This document shows, in pieces, positions 22,469 to 35,668 of a DNA stretch of 64,000 nucleotides; the first letter of the stretch is position 1, and each line of letters opens with the position of its first letter. Under the pieces are notes generated by a model. The model did no database searches. It saw nothing but the letters and a program-made list of their open reading frames with translations, and was not told the origin of the DNA. Source of the stretch: Auanema rhodensis (Eukaryota > Animalia > Nematoda); contig OZ059899.1 in assembly GCA_964057225.1 (NCBI GenBank), positions 12,400,001 through 12,464,000 of the forward strand, given 5' to 3'. Position numbers and translations under genes: made by a program.

Positions 22469-23306
22469 CGTTCCGTTATGCTCCTGCGTCGATAATATAA
22501 ACCATTGTAGTTTATACCATGACGCGAATAGTATTCCTTGGTGTAGCGGTAAGAATACAGAGCATAAGGTCAATCATAAGATAAAAGAGAGAAAGATTTA
22601 TTGACATGAAACTACAACAATAATATACAAAGATAAAGATACATTACAATAAGATAAATAAAAGTATAGAGACTAAACTACAAGCCGTCCATGAGCTTGC
22701 TAAGAGGCGAACTCCCGACCAAGGGAACGAGGGAAGGCGGAGCCATTCCTCGGTCCTCTGGTCGTCTGGCTCTAACCCTTCAGCTACATACAGTCCTGTG
22801 CGAAATAGTTGGGACACTCACTAGAAACCCTTGTACCTTCTCAGACAAACTACAAAAATTCAGAAAAAATATATTTTGGGTGTTAAAAAACGATAATGAA
22901 TTCAGAAAAAATCTTCAAAATTTTAAAAATCATGTTGAAAAGTATTTTCTGAAATCTTGAATCTATGCCATAGGAAAAACTTGGTTATTGATCGAGCTCT
23001 GTGCTCAGAATGATTTAAAGATATTTTTAATAAATTAACTTGTTTCTAATCTCAAATTTTGTTATATTAAGAAGGATTATTCAAAATAGTCAAAAAACAC
23101 TATTTTTCCTTATAAATTTAGAAATCTCATTGAAATCAGTTTTCATTATATTAACATATATTTTGACTGAATATAAACTAAACGCAAAATGTTTGAAATT
23201 AAAAAAAAATTTTTTTTGTAGTTTGAAGGGGAATTCTGGGGCCTCTAACATAGGGGTGTCCCAACTATTTCGCACAGGACTGTATATGGGGAGTCCGAAT
23301 AGACCG
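22469..23306. mobile_element. Unclassified insertion element, copy 2 (with nested MITE)
   Basis: Near-identical to copy 1, same spacer position. Confidence 0.75.
22791..23282. mobile_element. Tc1/mariner-type MITE (492 bp), copy 2
   Basis: Same 27-bp TIRs and TA flanks. Confidence 0.92.
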
Positions 23307-23376
23307 ATAAAATTTTTTGATATATACGAAGGGTCGACAAGAACCATTTGAGCATCAAGAGTTTCAACTGACAACA

Positions 23377-24627
23377 GGTGAGATGGCCGAGCGGTCTAAG
23401 GCGCTGGTTTAAGGCACCAGTCTCTTCGGAGGCGTGGGTTCGAATCCCACTCTCATCAGAATCCTTTTATTATATAAAACATTTTGATATATACGAAGTG
23501 TCGACAAGAACCATTTGAGCATCAAGAGTTTCAACTGACAACAGGTGAGATGGCCGAGCGGTCTAAGGCGCTGGTTTAAGGCACCAGTCTCTTCGGAGGC
23601 GTGGGTTCGAATCCCACTCTCATCAGAATCCTTTTATTATATAAAACATTTTGATATATACGAAGTGTCGACAAGAACCATTTGAGCATCAAGAGTTTCA
23701 ACTGACAACAGGTGAGATGGCCGAGCGGTCTAAGGCGCTGGTTTAAGGCACCAGTCTCTTCGGAGGCGTGGGTTCGAATCCCACTCTCATCAGAATCCTT
23801 TTATTATATAAAACATTTTGATATATACGAAGTGTCGACAAGAACCATTTGAACATCAAGAGTTTCAACTGACAACAGGTGAGATGGCCGAGCGGTCTAA
23901 GGCGCTGGTTTAAGGCACCAGTCTCTTCGGAGGCGTGGGTTCGAATCCCACTCTCATCAGAATCCTTTTATTGTATAAAACATTTTGATATATACGAAGT
24001 GTTGACAAGATCCATTTGAGTATCAAGAGTTTCAACAGAGAACAGGTGAGATGGCCGAGCGGTCTAAGGCGCTGGTTTAAGGCACCAGTCTCTTCGGAGG
24101 CGTGGGTTCGAATCCCACTCTCATCAGAATCCTTTTATTATATAAAACATTTTGATATATACGAAGTGTCGACAAGAACCATTTGAACATCAAGAGTTTC
24201 AACTGACAACAGGTGAGATGGCCGAGCGGTCTAAGGCGCTGGTTTAAGGCACCAGTCTCTTCGGAGGCGTTGGTTCGAATCCCACTCTCATCAGAATCCT
24301 TTTATTATATAAAACATTTTGACATATACGAAGGGTCGACAAGAACCATTTGAACATCAAGAGTTTCAACAGACAACAGGTGAGATGGCCGAGCGGTCTA
24401 AGGCGCTGGTTTAAGGCACCAGTCTCTTCGGAGGCGTGGGTTCGAATCATACTCTCATCAGAATCCTTTTATTATATAAAACATTTTGATATATACGAAG
24501 TGTCGACAAGATCCATTTTAGTATCAAGAGTTTCAACAGAGAACAGGTGAGATGGCCGAGCGGTCTAAGACGCTGGTTTAAGGCACCAGTCTCTTCGGAG
24601 GCGTGGGTTCGAATCCCACTCTCATCA
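23377..24627 (+). tRNA. tRNA-Leu(AAG) block 3, 8 copies
   Basis: Starts 23377 to 24546 at 167-bp spacing. Confidence 0.96.
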
Positions 24628-24646
24628 GAATCCTTTTATTACATAA

Positions 24647-24990
24647 CGTTCCGTTATGCTCCTGCGTCCATAATATAAACCATTGTAGTTTATACCATGA
24701 CGCGAATAGTATTCCTTGGTGTAGCGGTAAGAATACAGAGCATAAGGTCAATCATAAGATAAAAGAGAGAAAGATTTATTGACATGAAACTACAACAATA
24801 ATATACAAAGATAAAGATACATTACAATAAGATAAATAAAAGTATAGAGACTAAACTACAAGCCGTCCATGAGCTTGCTAAGAGGCGAACTCCCGACCAA
24901 GGGAACGAGGGAAAGCGGAGCCATTCCTCGGTCTTCTGGTCGTCTGGCTCTAACCCTTCAGCTACATATATGGGGAGTCCGAATAGACCG
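24647..24990. mobile_element. Unclassified 344-bp insertion element, copy 3 (MITE-free)
   Basis: ATAA-flanked; empty MITE site gctaca-TA-tatgggg. Confidence 0.75.
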
Positions 24991-25060
24991 ATAAAATATT
25001 TTGATATATACGAAGGGTCGACAAGAACCATTTGAGCATCAAGAGTTTCAACAGACAACA

Positions 25061-25643
25061 GGTGAGATGGCCGAGCGGTCTAAGGCGCTGGTTTAAGGCA
25101 CCAGTCTCTTCGGAGGCGTGGGTTCGAATCCCACTCTCATCAGAATCCTTTTATTGTATAAAATATTTTGATATATACGAAGGGTCGACAAGAACCATTT
25201 GAGCATCAAGAGTTTCAACAGACAACAGGTGAGATGGCCGAGCGGTCTAAGGCGCTGGTTTAAGGCACCAGTCTCTTCGGAGGCGTGGGTTCGAATCCCA
25301 CTCTCATCAGAATCCTTTCATTGTATAAAATATTTTGATATATACGAAGGGTCGACAAGAACCATTTGAGCATCAAGAGTTTCAACTGACAACAGGTGAG
25401 ATGGCCGAGCGGTCTAAGGCGCTGGTTTAAGGCACCAGTCTCTTTGGAGGCGTGGGTTCGAATCCCACTCTCATCAGAGTCCTTTTATTATATAAAACAT
25501 TTTGATATCTACGAAGGGTCGACAAGAACCATTTGAGCATCAAGAGTTTCAACAGACAACAGGTGAGATGGCCGAGCGGTCTAAGGCGCTGGTTTAAGGC
25601 ACCAGTCTCTTCGGAGGCGTGGGTTCGAATCCCACTCTCATCA
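25061..25643 (+). tRNA. tRNA-Leu(AAG) block 4, 4 copies
   Basis: Starts 25061 to 25562. Confidence 0.96.
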
Positions 25644-25662
25644 GAATCCTTTTATTATATAA

Positions 25663-26500
25663 CGTTCCGTTATGCTCCTGCGTCGATAATATAAACCATT
25701 GTAGTTTATACCATGACGCGAATAGTATTCCTTGGTGTAGCGGTAAGAATACAGAGCATAAGGTCAATCATAAGATAAAAGAGAGAAAGATTTATTGACA
25801 TGAAACTACAACAATAATATACAAAGATAAAGATACATTACAATAAGATAAATAAAAGTATAGAGACTAAACTACAAGCCGTCCATGAGCTTGCTAAGAG
25901 GCGAACTCCCGACCAAGGGAACGAGGGAAGGCGGAGCCATTCCTCGGTCCTCTGGTCGTCTGGCTCTAACCCTTCAGCTACATACAGTCCTGTGCGAAAT
26001 AGTTGGGACACTCACTAGAAACCCTTGTACCTTCTCAGACAAACTACAAAAATTCAGAAAAAATATATTTTGGGTGTTAAAAAACGATAATGAATTCAGA
26101 AAAAATCTTCAAAATTTTAAAAATCATGTTGAAAAGTATTTTCTGAAATCTTGAATCTATGCCATAGGAAAAACTTGGTTATTGATCGAGCTCTGTGCTC
26201 AGAATGATTTAAAGATATTTTTAATAAATTAACTTGTTTCTAATCTCAAATTTTGTTATATTAAGAAGGATTATTCAAAATAGTCAAAAAACACTATTTT
26301 TCCTTATAAATTTAGAAATCTCATTGAAATCAGTTTTCATTATATTAACATATATTTTGACTGAATATAAACTAAACGCAAAATGTTTGAAATTAAAAAA
26401 AAATTTTTTTTGTAGTTTGAAGGGGAATTCTGGGGCCTCTAACATAGGGGTGTCCCAACTATTTCGCACAGGACTGTATATGGGGAGTCCGAATAGACCG
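25663..26500. mobile_element. Unclassified insertion element, copy 4 (with nested MITE)
   Basis: Near-identical to copy 2, offset 3194 bp. Confidence 0.75.
25985..26476. mobile_element. Tc1/mariner-type MITE (492 bp), copy 3
   Basis: Same 27-bp TIRs and TA flanks. Confidence 0.92.
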
Positions 26501-26570
26501 ATAAAATTTTTTGATATATACGAAGGGTCGACAAGAACCATTTGAGCATCAAGAGTTTCAACTGACAACA

Positions 26571-29500
26571 GGTGAGATGGCCGAGCGGTCTAAGGCGCTG
26601 GTTTAAGGCACCAGTCTCTTCGGAGGCGTGGGTTCGAATCCCACTCTCATCAGAATCCTTTTATTATATAAAACATTTTGATATATACGAAGTGTCGACA
26701 AGAACCATTTGAGCATCAAGAGTTTCAACTGACAACAGGTGAGATGGCCGAGCGGTCTAAGGCGCTGGTTTAAGGCACCAGTCTCTTCGGAGGCGTGGGT
26801 TCGAATCCCACTCTCATCAGAATCCTTTTATTATATAAAACATTTTGATATATACGAAGTGTCGACAAGAACCATTTGAGCATCAAGAGTTTCAACTGAC
26901 AACAGGTGAGATGGCCGAGCGGTCTAAGGCGCTGGTTTAAGGCACCAGTCTCTTCGGAGGCGTGGGTTCGAATCCCACTCTCATCAGAATCCTTTTATTA
27001 TATAAAACATTTTGATATATACGAAGTGTCGACAAGAACCATTTGAACATCAAGAGTTTCAACTGACAACAGGTGAGATGGCCGAGCGGTCTAAGGCGCT
27101 GGTTTAAGGCACCAGTCTCTTCGGAGGCGTGGGTTCGAATCCCACTCTCATCAGAATCCTTTTATTGTATAAAACATTTTGATATATACGAAGTGTTGAC
27201 AAGATCCATTTGAGTATCAAGAGTTTCAACAGAGAACAGGTGAGATGGCCGAGCAGTCTAAGGCGCTGGTTTAAGGCACCAGTCTCTTCGGAGGCGTGGG
27301 TTCGAATCCCACTCTCATCAGAATCCTTTTATTATATAAAACATTTTGATATATACGAAGTGTCGACAAGAACCATTTGAACATCAAGAGTTTCAACTGA
27401 CAACAGGTGAGATGGCCGAGCGGTCTAAGGCGCTGGTTTAAGGCACCAGTCTCTTCGGAGGCGTTGGTTCGAATATCACTCTCATCAGAATCCTTTTATT
27501 GTATAAAACATTTTGATATCTACGAAGGGTCGACAAGAACCATTTGAGCATCAAGAGTTTCAACAGACAACAGGTGAGATGGCCGAGCGGTCTAAGGCGC
27601 TGGTTTAAGGCACCAGTCTCTTCGGAGGCGTGGGTTCGAATCCCACTCTCATCAGAATCCTTTTATTATATAAAACATTTTGATATATACGAAGTGTCGA
27701 CAAGAACCATTTGAGCATCAAGAGTTTCAACTGACAACAGGTGAGATGGCCGAGCGGTCTAAGGCGCTGGTTTAAGGCACCAGTCTCTTCGGAGGCGTGG
27801 GTTCGAATCCCACTCTCATCAGAATCCTTTTATTATATAAAACATTTTGATATATACGAAGTGTCGACAAGAACCATTTGAACATCAAGAGTTTCAACTG
27901 ACAACAGGTGAGATGGCCGAGCGGTCTAAGGCGCTGGTTTAAGGCACCAGTCTCTTCGGAGTCGTGGGTTCGAATCCCACTCTCATCAGAATCCTTTTAT
28001 TGTATAAAACATTTTGATATATACGAAGTGTTGACAAGATCCATTTGAGTATCAAGAGTTTCAACAGAGAACAGGTGAGATGGCCGAGCGGTCTAAGGCG
28101 CTGGTTTAAGGCACCAGTCTCTTCGGAGGCGTGGGTTCGAATCCCACTCTCATCAGAATCCTTTTATTATATAAAACATTTTGATATATACGAAGTGTCG
28201 ACAAGAACCATTTGAGCATCAAGAGTTTCATTAGACAACAGGTGAGATGGCCGAGCGGTCTAAGGCGCTGGTTTAAGGCACCAGTCTCTTCGGAGGCGTG
28301 GGTTCGAATCCCACTCTCATCAGAATTCTTTTATTGTATAAAACATTTTGATATATACGAAGTGTCGACAAGAACCATTTGAGTATCAAGAGTTTCAACA
28401 GAGAACAGGTGAGATGGCCGAGCGGTCTAAGACGCTGGTTTAAGGCACCAGTCTCTTCGGAGGCGTGGGTTCGAATCCCACTCTCATCAGAATCCTTTTA
28501 TTGTATAAAACATTTTGATATATACGAAGTGTTGACAAGATCCATTTGAGTATCAAGAGTTTCAACAGAGAACAGGTGAGATGGCCGAGCGGTCTAAGGC
28601 GCTTGTTTAAGGCACCAGTCTCTTCGGAGGCGTGGGTTCGAATATCACTCTCATCAGAATCCTTTTATTGTATAAAATATTTTGATATATACGAAGGGTC
28701 GACAAGAACCATTTGAGCATCAAGAGTTTCAACAGACAACAGGTGAGATGGCCGAGCGGTCTAAGGCGCTGGTTTAAGGCACCAGTCTCTTCGGAGGCGT
28801 GGGTTCGAATCCCACTCTCATCAGAATCCTTTTATTGTATAAAACATTTTGATATCTACGAAGGGTCGACAAGAACCATTTGAGCATCAAGAGTTTCAAC
28901 AGACAACAGGTGAGATGGCCGAGCGGTCTAAGGCGCTGGTTTAAGGCACCAGTCTCTTCGGAGGCGTGGGTTCGAATCCCACTCTCATCAGAATCCTTTT
29001 ATTATATAAAACATTTTGATATATACGAAGTGTCGACAAGAACCATTTGATTATCAAGAGTTTCAACAGACAACAGGTGAGATGGCCGAGCGGTCTAAGG
29101 CGCTGGTTTAAGGCACCAGTCTCTTCGGAGGCGTGGGTTCGAATATCACTCTCATCAGAATCCTTTTATTGTATAAAATATTTTGATATATACGAAGTGT
29201 TGACAAGATCCATTTGAGTATCAAGAGTTTCAACTGACAACAGGTGAGATGGCCGAGCGGTCTAAGGCGCTGGTTTAAGGCACCAGTCTCTTCGGAGGCG
29301 TGGGTTCGAATCCCACTCTCATCAGAATCCTTTTATTATATAAAACATTTTGATATATACGAAGTGTCGACAAGAACCATTTGAGCATCAAGAGTTTCAA
29401 CTGACAACAGGTGAGATGGCCGAGCGGTCTAAGGCGCTGGTTTAAGGCACCAGTCTCTTCGGAGGCGTGGGTTCGAATCCCACTCTCATCAGAATCCTTT

Positions 29501-31161
29501 TATTATATAAAACATTTTGATATATACGAAGTGTCGACAAGAACCATTTGAACATCAAGAGTTTCAACTGACAACAGGTGAGATGGCCGAGCGGTCTAAG
29601 GCGCTGGTTTAAGGCACCAGTCTCTTCGGAGTCGTGGGTTCGAATCCCACTCTCATCAGAATCCTTTTATTGTATAAAACATTTTGATATATACGAAGTG
29701 TTGACAAGATCCATTTGAGTATCAAGAGTTTCAACAGAGAACAGGTGAGATGGCCGAGCGGTCTAAGGCGCTGGTTTAAGGCACCAGTCTCTTCGGAGGC
29801 GTGGGTTCGAATCCCACTCTCATCAGAATCCTTTTATTATATAAAACATTTTGATATATACGAAGTGTCGACAAGAACCATTTGAGCATCAAGAGTTTCA
29901 TTAGACAACAGGTGAGATGGCCGAGCGGTCTAAGGCGCTGGTTTAAGGCACCAGTCTCTTCGGAGGCGTGGGTTCGAATCCCACTCTCATCAGAATTCTT
30001 TTATTGTATAAAACATTTTGATATATACGAAGTGTCGACAAGAACCATTTGAGTATCAAGAGTTTCAACAGAGAACAGGTGAGATGGCCGAGCGGTCTAA
30101 GACGCTGGTTTAAGGCACCAGTCTCTTCGGAGGCGTGGGTTCGAATCCCACTCTCATCAGAATCCTTTTATTGTATAAAACATTTTGATATATACGAAGT
30201 GTTGACAAGATCCATTTGAGTATCAAGAGTTTCAACAGAGAACAGGTGAGATGGCCGAGCGGTCTAAGGCGCTGGTTTAAGGCACCAGTCTCTTCGGAGG
30301 CGTGGGTTCGAATCCCACTCTCATCAGAATCCTTTTATTATATAAAACATTTTGATATATACGAAGTGTCGACAAGAACCATTTGAGCATCAAGAGTTTC
30401 ATTAGACAACAGGTGAGATGGCCGAGCGGTCTAAGGCGCTGGTTTAAGGCACCAGTCTCTTCGGAGGCGTGGGTTCGAATCCCACTCTCATCAGAATTCT
30501 TTTATTGTATAAAACATTTTGATATATACGAAGTGTCGACAAGAACCATTTGAACATCAAGAGTTTCAACTGACAAGAGGTGAGATGGCCGAGCGGTCTA
30601 AGGCGCTGGTTTAAGGCACCAGTCTCTTCGGAGGCGTGGGTTCGAATCCCACTCTCATCAGAATCCTTTTATTGTATAAAACATTTTGATATATACGAAG
30701 TGTCGACAAGAACCATTTGAGCATCAAGAGTTTCAACAGACAACAGGTGAGATGGCCGAGCGGTCTAAGGCGCTGGTTTAAGGCAACAGTCTCTTCGGAG
30801 GCGTGGGTTCGAATCCCACTCTCATCAGAATCCTTTTATTATATAAAACATTTTGATATATACGAAGGGTCGACAAGAACCATTTGAGCATCAAGAGTTT
30901 CAACAGAGAACAGGTGAGATGGCCGAGCGGTCTAAGACGCTGGTTTAAGGCACCAGTCTCTTCGGAGGCGTGGGTTCGAATCCCACTCTCATCAGAATCC
31001 TTTTATTGTATAAAATATTTTGATATATACGAAGGGTCGACAAGAACCATTTGAGCATCAAGAGTTTCAACAGACAACAGGTGAGATGGCCGAGCGGTCT
31101 AAGACGCTGGTTTAAGGCACCAGTCTCTTCGGAGGCGTGGGTTCGAATCCCACTCTCATCA
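26571..31161 (+). tRNA. tRNA-Leu(AAG) block 5, 28 copies
   Basis: Starts 26571 to 31080 at 167-bp spacing. Confidence 0.96.
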
Positions 31162-31180
31162 GAATCCTTTTATTACATAA

Positions 31181-31524
31181 CGTTCCGTTATGCTCCTGCG
31201 TCGATAATATAAACCATTGTAGTTTATACCATGACGCGAATAGTATTCCTTGGTGTAGCGGTAAGAATACAGAGCATAAGGTCAATCATAAGATAAAAGA
31301 GAGAAAGATTTATTGACATGAAACTACAACAATAATATACAAAGATAAAGATACATTACAATAAGATAAATAAAAGTATAGAGACTAAACTACAAGCCGT
31401 CCATGAGCTTGCTAAGAGGCGAACTCCCGACCAAGGGAACGAGGGAAAGCGGAGCCATTCCTCGGTCCTCTGGTCGTCTGGCTCTAACCCTTCAGCTACA
31501 TATATGGGGAGTCCGAATAGACCG
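31181..31524. mobile_element. Unclassified 344-bp insertion element, copy 5 (MITE-free)
   Basis: ATAA-flanked; empty MITE site; shares diagnostic variants with copy 3. Confidence 0.75.
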
Positions 31525-31594
31525 ATAAAATATTTTGATATATACGAAGGGTCGACAAGAACCATTTGAGCATCAAGAGTTTCAACAGACAACA

Positions 31595-34500
31595 GGTGAG
31601 ATGGCCGAGCGGTCTTAGGCGCTGGTTTAAGGCACCAGTCTCTTCGGAGGCGTGGGTTCGAATCCCACTCTCATCAGAATTCTTTTACGATATAAAACAT
31701 TTCGATATCTATGAAGTGTCGACAAGAACCATTTGAGCATCAAGAGTGTCAACAGACAACAGGTGAGATGGCCGAGCGGTCTTAGGCGCTGGTTTAAGGC
31801 ACCAGTCTCTTCGGAGGCGTGGGTTCGAATCCCACTCTCATCAGAATCCTTTTATTATATAAAACATTTTGATATATACGAAGGATCGACAAGAACCATT
31901 TGAGCATCAAGAGTTTCAACAGACAACAGGTGAGATGGCCGAGCGGTCTTAGGCGCTGGTTTAAGGCACCAGTCTCTTCGGAGGCGTGGGTTCGAATCCC
32001 ACTCTCATCAGAATCCTTTTATTGTATAAAACATTTTGATATATACGAAGGGTCGATCGGGATCATTTGATTATCAAGAGTTTCAACAGACAACAGGTGA
32101 GATGGCCGAGCGGTCTTAGGCGCTGGTTTAAGGCACCAGTCTCTTCGGAGGCGTGGGTTCGAATCCCACTCTCATCAGAATCCTTTTATAGTATAAAACA
32201 TTTTGATATATACGAAGGGTCGATCGGGATCATTTGATTATCAAGAGTTTCAACAGACAACAGGTGAGATGGCCGAGCGGTCTAAGGCGCTGGTTTAAGG
32301 CACCAGTCTCTTCGGAGGCGTGGGTTCGAATATCACTCTCATCAGAATCCTTTTATTATATAAAACATTTTGATATATACGAAGGGTCGACAAGAACCAT
32401 TTGAGCATCAAGAGTTTCAACTGACAACAGGTGAGATGGCCGAGCGGTCTAAGGCGCTGGTTTAAGGCACCAGTCTCTTCGGAGGCGTGGGTTCGAATCC
32501 CACTCTCATCAGAATCCTTTTATTGTATAAAACATTTTGATATATACGAAGGGTCGACAAGAACCATTTGAGCTTTAAGAGTTTCAACAGACAACAGGTG
32601 AGATGGCCGAGCGGTCTAAGGCGCTGGTTTAAGGCACCAGTCTCTTCGGAGGCGTGGGTTCGAATATCACTCTCATCAGAATCCTTTTATTATATAAAAC
32701 ATTTTGATATATACGAAGGGTCGACAAGAACCATTTGAGCATCAAGAGTTTCAACTGACAACAGGTGAGATGGCCGAGCGGTCTAAGGCGCTGGTTTAAG
32801 GCACCAGTCTCTTCGGAGGCGTGGGTTCGAATCCCACTCTCATCAGAATCCTTTTATTGTATAAAACATTTTGATATATACGAAGGGTCGACAAGAACCA
32901 TTTGAGCTTTAAGAGTTTCAACAGACAACAGGTGAGATGGCCGAGCGGTCTAAGGCGCTGGTTTAAGGCACCAGTCTCTTCGGAGGCGTGGGTTCGAATC
33001 CCACTCTCATCAGAGTCCTTTTATTATATAAAACATTTTGATATCTACGAAAGGTCGACAAGAACCATTTGAGCATCAAGAGTTTCAACAGACAACAGGT
33101 GAGATGGCCGAGCGGTCTAAGGCGCTGGTTTAAGGCACCAGTCTCTTCGGAGGCGTGGGTTCGAATCCCACTCTCATCAGAATCCTTTTATTATATAAAA
33201 CATTTTGATATATACGAAGGGTCGACAAGAACCATTTGAGCATCAAGAGTTTCAACAGACAACAGGTGAGATGGCCGAGCGGTCTAAGGCGCTGGTTTAA
33301 GGCACCAGTCTCTTCGGAGGCGTGGGTTCGAATCCCACTCTCATCAGAGTCCTTTTATTATATAAAACATTTTGATATCTACGAAGGGTCGACAAGAACC
33401 ATTTGAGCATCAAGAGTTTCAACAGACAACAGGTGAGATGGCCGAGCGGTCTAAGGCGCTGGTTTAAGGCACCAGTCTCTTCGGAGGCGTGGGTTCGAAT
33501 CCCACTCTCATCAGAATCCTTTTATTATATAAAACATTTTGATATATACGAAGGGTCGACAAGAACCATTTGAGCATCAAGAGTTTCAACAGACAACAGG
33601 TGAGATGGCCGAGCGGTCTAAGGCGCTGGTTTAAGGCACCAGTCTCTTCGGAGGCGTGGGTTCGAATCCCACTCTCATCAGAATCCTTTTATTGTATAAA
33701 ACATTTTGATATATACGAAGTGTTGACAAGATCCATTTGAGTATCAAGAGTTTCAACAGAGAACAGGTGAGATGGCCGAGCGGTCTAAGGCGCTGGTTTA
33801 AGGCACCAGTCTCTTCGGAGGCGTGGGTTCGAATCCCACTCTCATCAGAATCCTTTTATTGTATAAAACATTTTGATATATACGAAGTGTTGACAAGATC
33901 CCTTTGAGTATCAAGAGTTTCAACAGAGAACAGGTGAGATGGCCGAGCGGTCTAAGGCGCTGGTTTAAGGCACCAGTCTCTTCGGAGGCGTGGGTTCGAA
34001 TCCCACTCTCATCAGAATCCTTTTATTATATAAAACATTTTGATATATACGAAGTGTCGACAAGAACCATTTGAACATCAAGAGTTTCAACTGACAACAG
34101 GTGAGATGGCCGAGCGGTCTAAGGCGCTGGTTTAAGGCACCAGTCTCTTCGGAGGCGTGGGTTCGAATCCCACTCTCATCAGAATCCTTTTATTATATAA
34201 AACATTTTGATATATACGAAGTGTCGACAAGAACCATTTGAACATCAAGAGTTTCAACTGACAACAGGTGAGATGGCCGAGCGGTCTAAGGCGCTGGTTT
34301 AAGGCACCAGTCTCTTCGGAGGCGTGGGTTCGAATCCCACTCTCATCAGAATCCTTTTATTGTATAAAACATTTTGATATATACGAAGTGTTGACAAGAT
34401 CCATTTGAGTATCAAGAGTTTCAACAGAGAACAGGTGAGATGGCCGAGCGGTCTAAGGCGCTGGTTTAAGGCACCAGTCTCTTCGGAGGCGTGGGTTCGA

Positions 34501-34682
34501 ATCCCACTCTCATCAGAATCCTTTTATTATATAAAACATTTTGATATATACGAAGGATCGACAAGAACCATTTGAGCATCAAGAGTTTCAACAGACAACA
34601 GGTGAGATGGCCGAGCGGTCTAAGGCGCTGGTTTAAGGCACCAGTCTCTTCGGAGGCGTGGGTTCGAATCCCACTCTCATCA
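31595..34682 (+). tRNA. tRNA-Leu(AAG) block 6, 19 copies
   Basis: Starts 31595 to 34601 at 167-bp spacing. Confidence 0.96.
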
Positions 34683-34701
34683 GAATCCTTTTATTATATA
34701 A

Positions 34702-34738
34702 CGTTCCGTTATGCTCCTGCGTCGAAACAAAGATAAAG
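34702..34738. other. Truncated remnant of the 344-bp element at the array inversion junction
   Basis: First 24 bp of the element, then ACAAAGATAAAG (an internal piece of the same element), then inverted tRNA sequence. Confidence 0.75.
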
Positions 34739-34833
34739 CCATCTCACCTGTTTTCAGCTGAAACTCTTGATGCTCAAATGGTTCTTGTCGACACTTCATA
34801 GATATCGAAATGTTTTATATCGTAAAAGAATTC

Positions 34834-35583
34834 TGATGAGAGTGGGATTCGAACCCACGCCTCCGAAGAGACTGGTGCCTTAAACCAGCGCCTTAGACCG
34901 CTCGGCCATCTCACCTGTTTTCAGCTGAAACTCTTGATGCTCAAATGGTTCTTGTCGACACTTCATAGATATCAAAATGTTTTATATCGTAAAAGAATTC
35001 TGATGAGAGTGGGATTCGAACCCACGCCTCCGAAGAGACTGGTGCCTTAAACCAGCGCCTTAGACCGCTCGGCCATCTCACCTGTTTTCACCTGAAACTC
35101 TTGATGCTCAAATGGTTCTTGTCGACACTTCATAGATATCAAAATGTTTTATATCGTAAAAGAATTCTGATGAGAGTGGGATTCGAACCCACGCCTCCGA
35201 AGAGACTGGTGCCTTAAACCAGCGCCTTAGACCGCTCGGCCATCTCACCTGTTTTCAGCTGAAACTCTTGATGCTCAAATGGTTCTTGTCGACCCTTCGT
35301 ATATATCAAAATGTTTTATATAATAAAAGGATTCTGATGAGAGTGATATTCGAACCCACGCCTCCGAAGAGACTGGTGCCTTAAACCAGCGCCTTAGACC
35401 GCTCGGCCATCTCACCTGTTGTCTGTTGAAACTCTTAAAGCTCAAATGGTTCTTGTCGACCCTTCGTATATATCAAAATGTTTTATACAATAAAAGGATT
35501 CTGATGAGAGTGGGATTCGAACCCACGCCTCCGAAGAGACTGGTGCCTTAAACCAGCGCCTTAGACCGCTCGGCCATCTCACC
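34834..35583 (-). tRNA. tRNA-Leu(AAG) inverted block, 5 copies
   Basis: Reverse-complement copies at 34834-34915, 35001-35082, 35168-35249, 35335-35416, 35502-35583. Confidence 0.96.
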
Positions 35584-35668
35584 TATTTTCAGCTGAAACT
35601 CTTGATGCTCAAATGGTTCTTGCTGACACATCGTAGATATCGAAATGTTTTATATCGTAAAAGAATTC

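Noticed and set aside
5042-24550. Repeated 60-85 aa ORFs (MGSNPTLIRILL..., MRWPSG...)
   Set aside because: Chance readings through tRNA plus spacer; they appear only where a spacer variant removes a stop.
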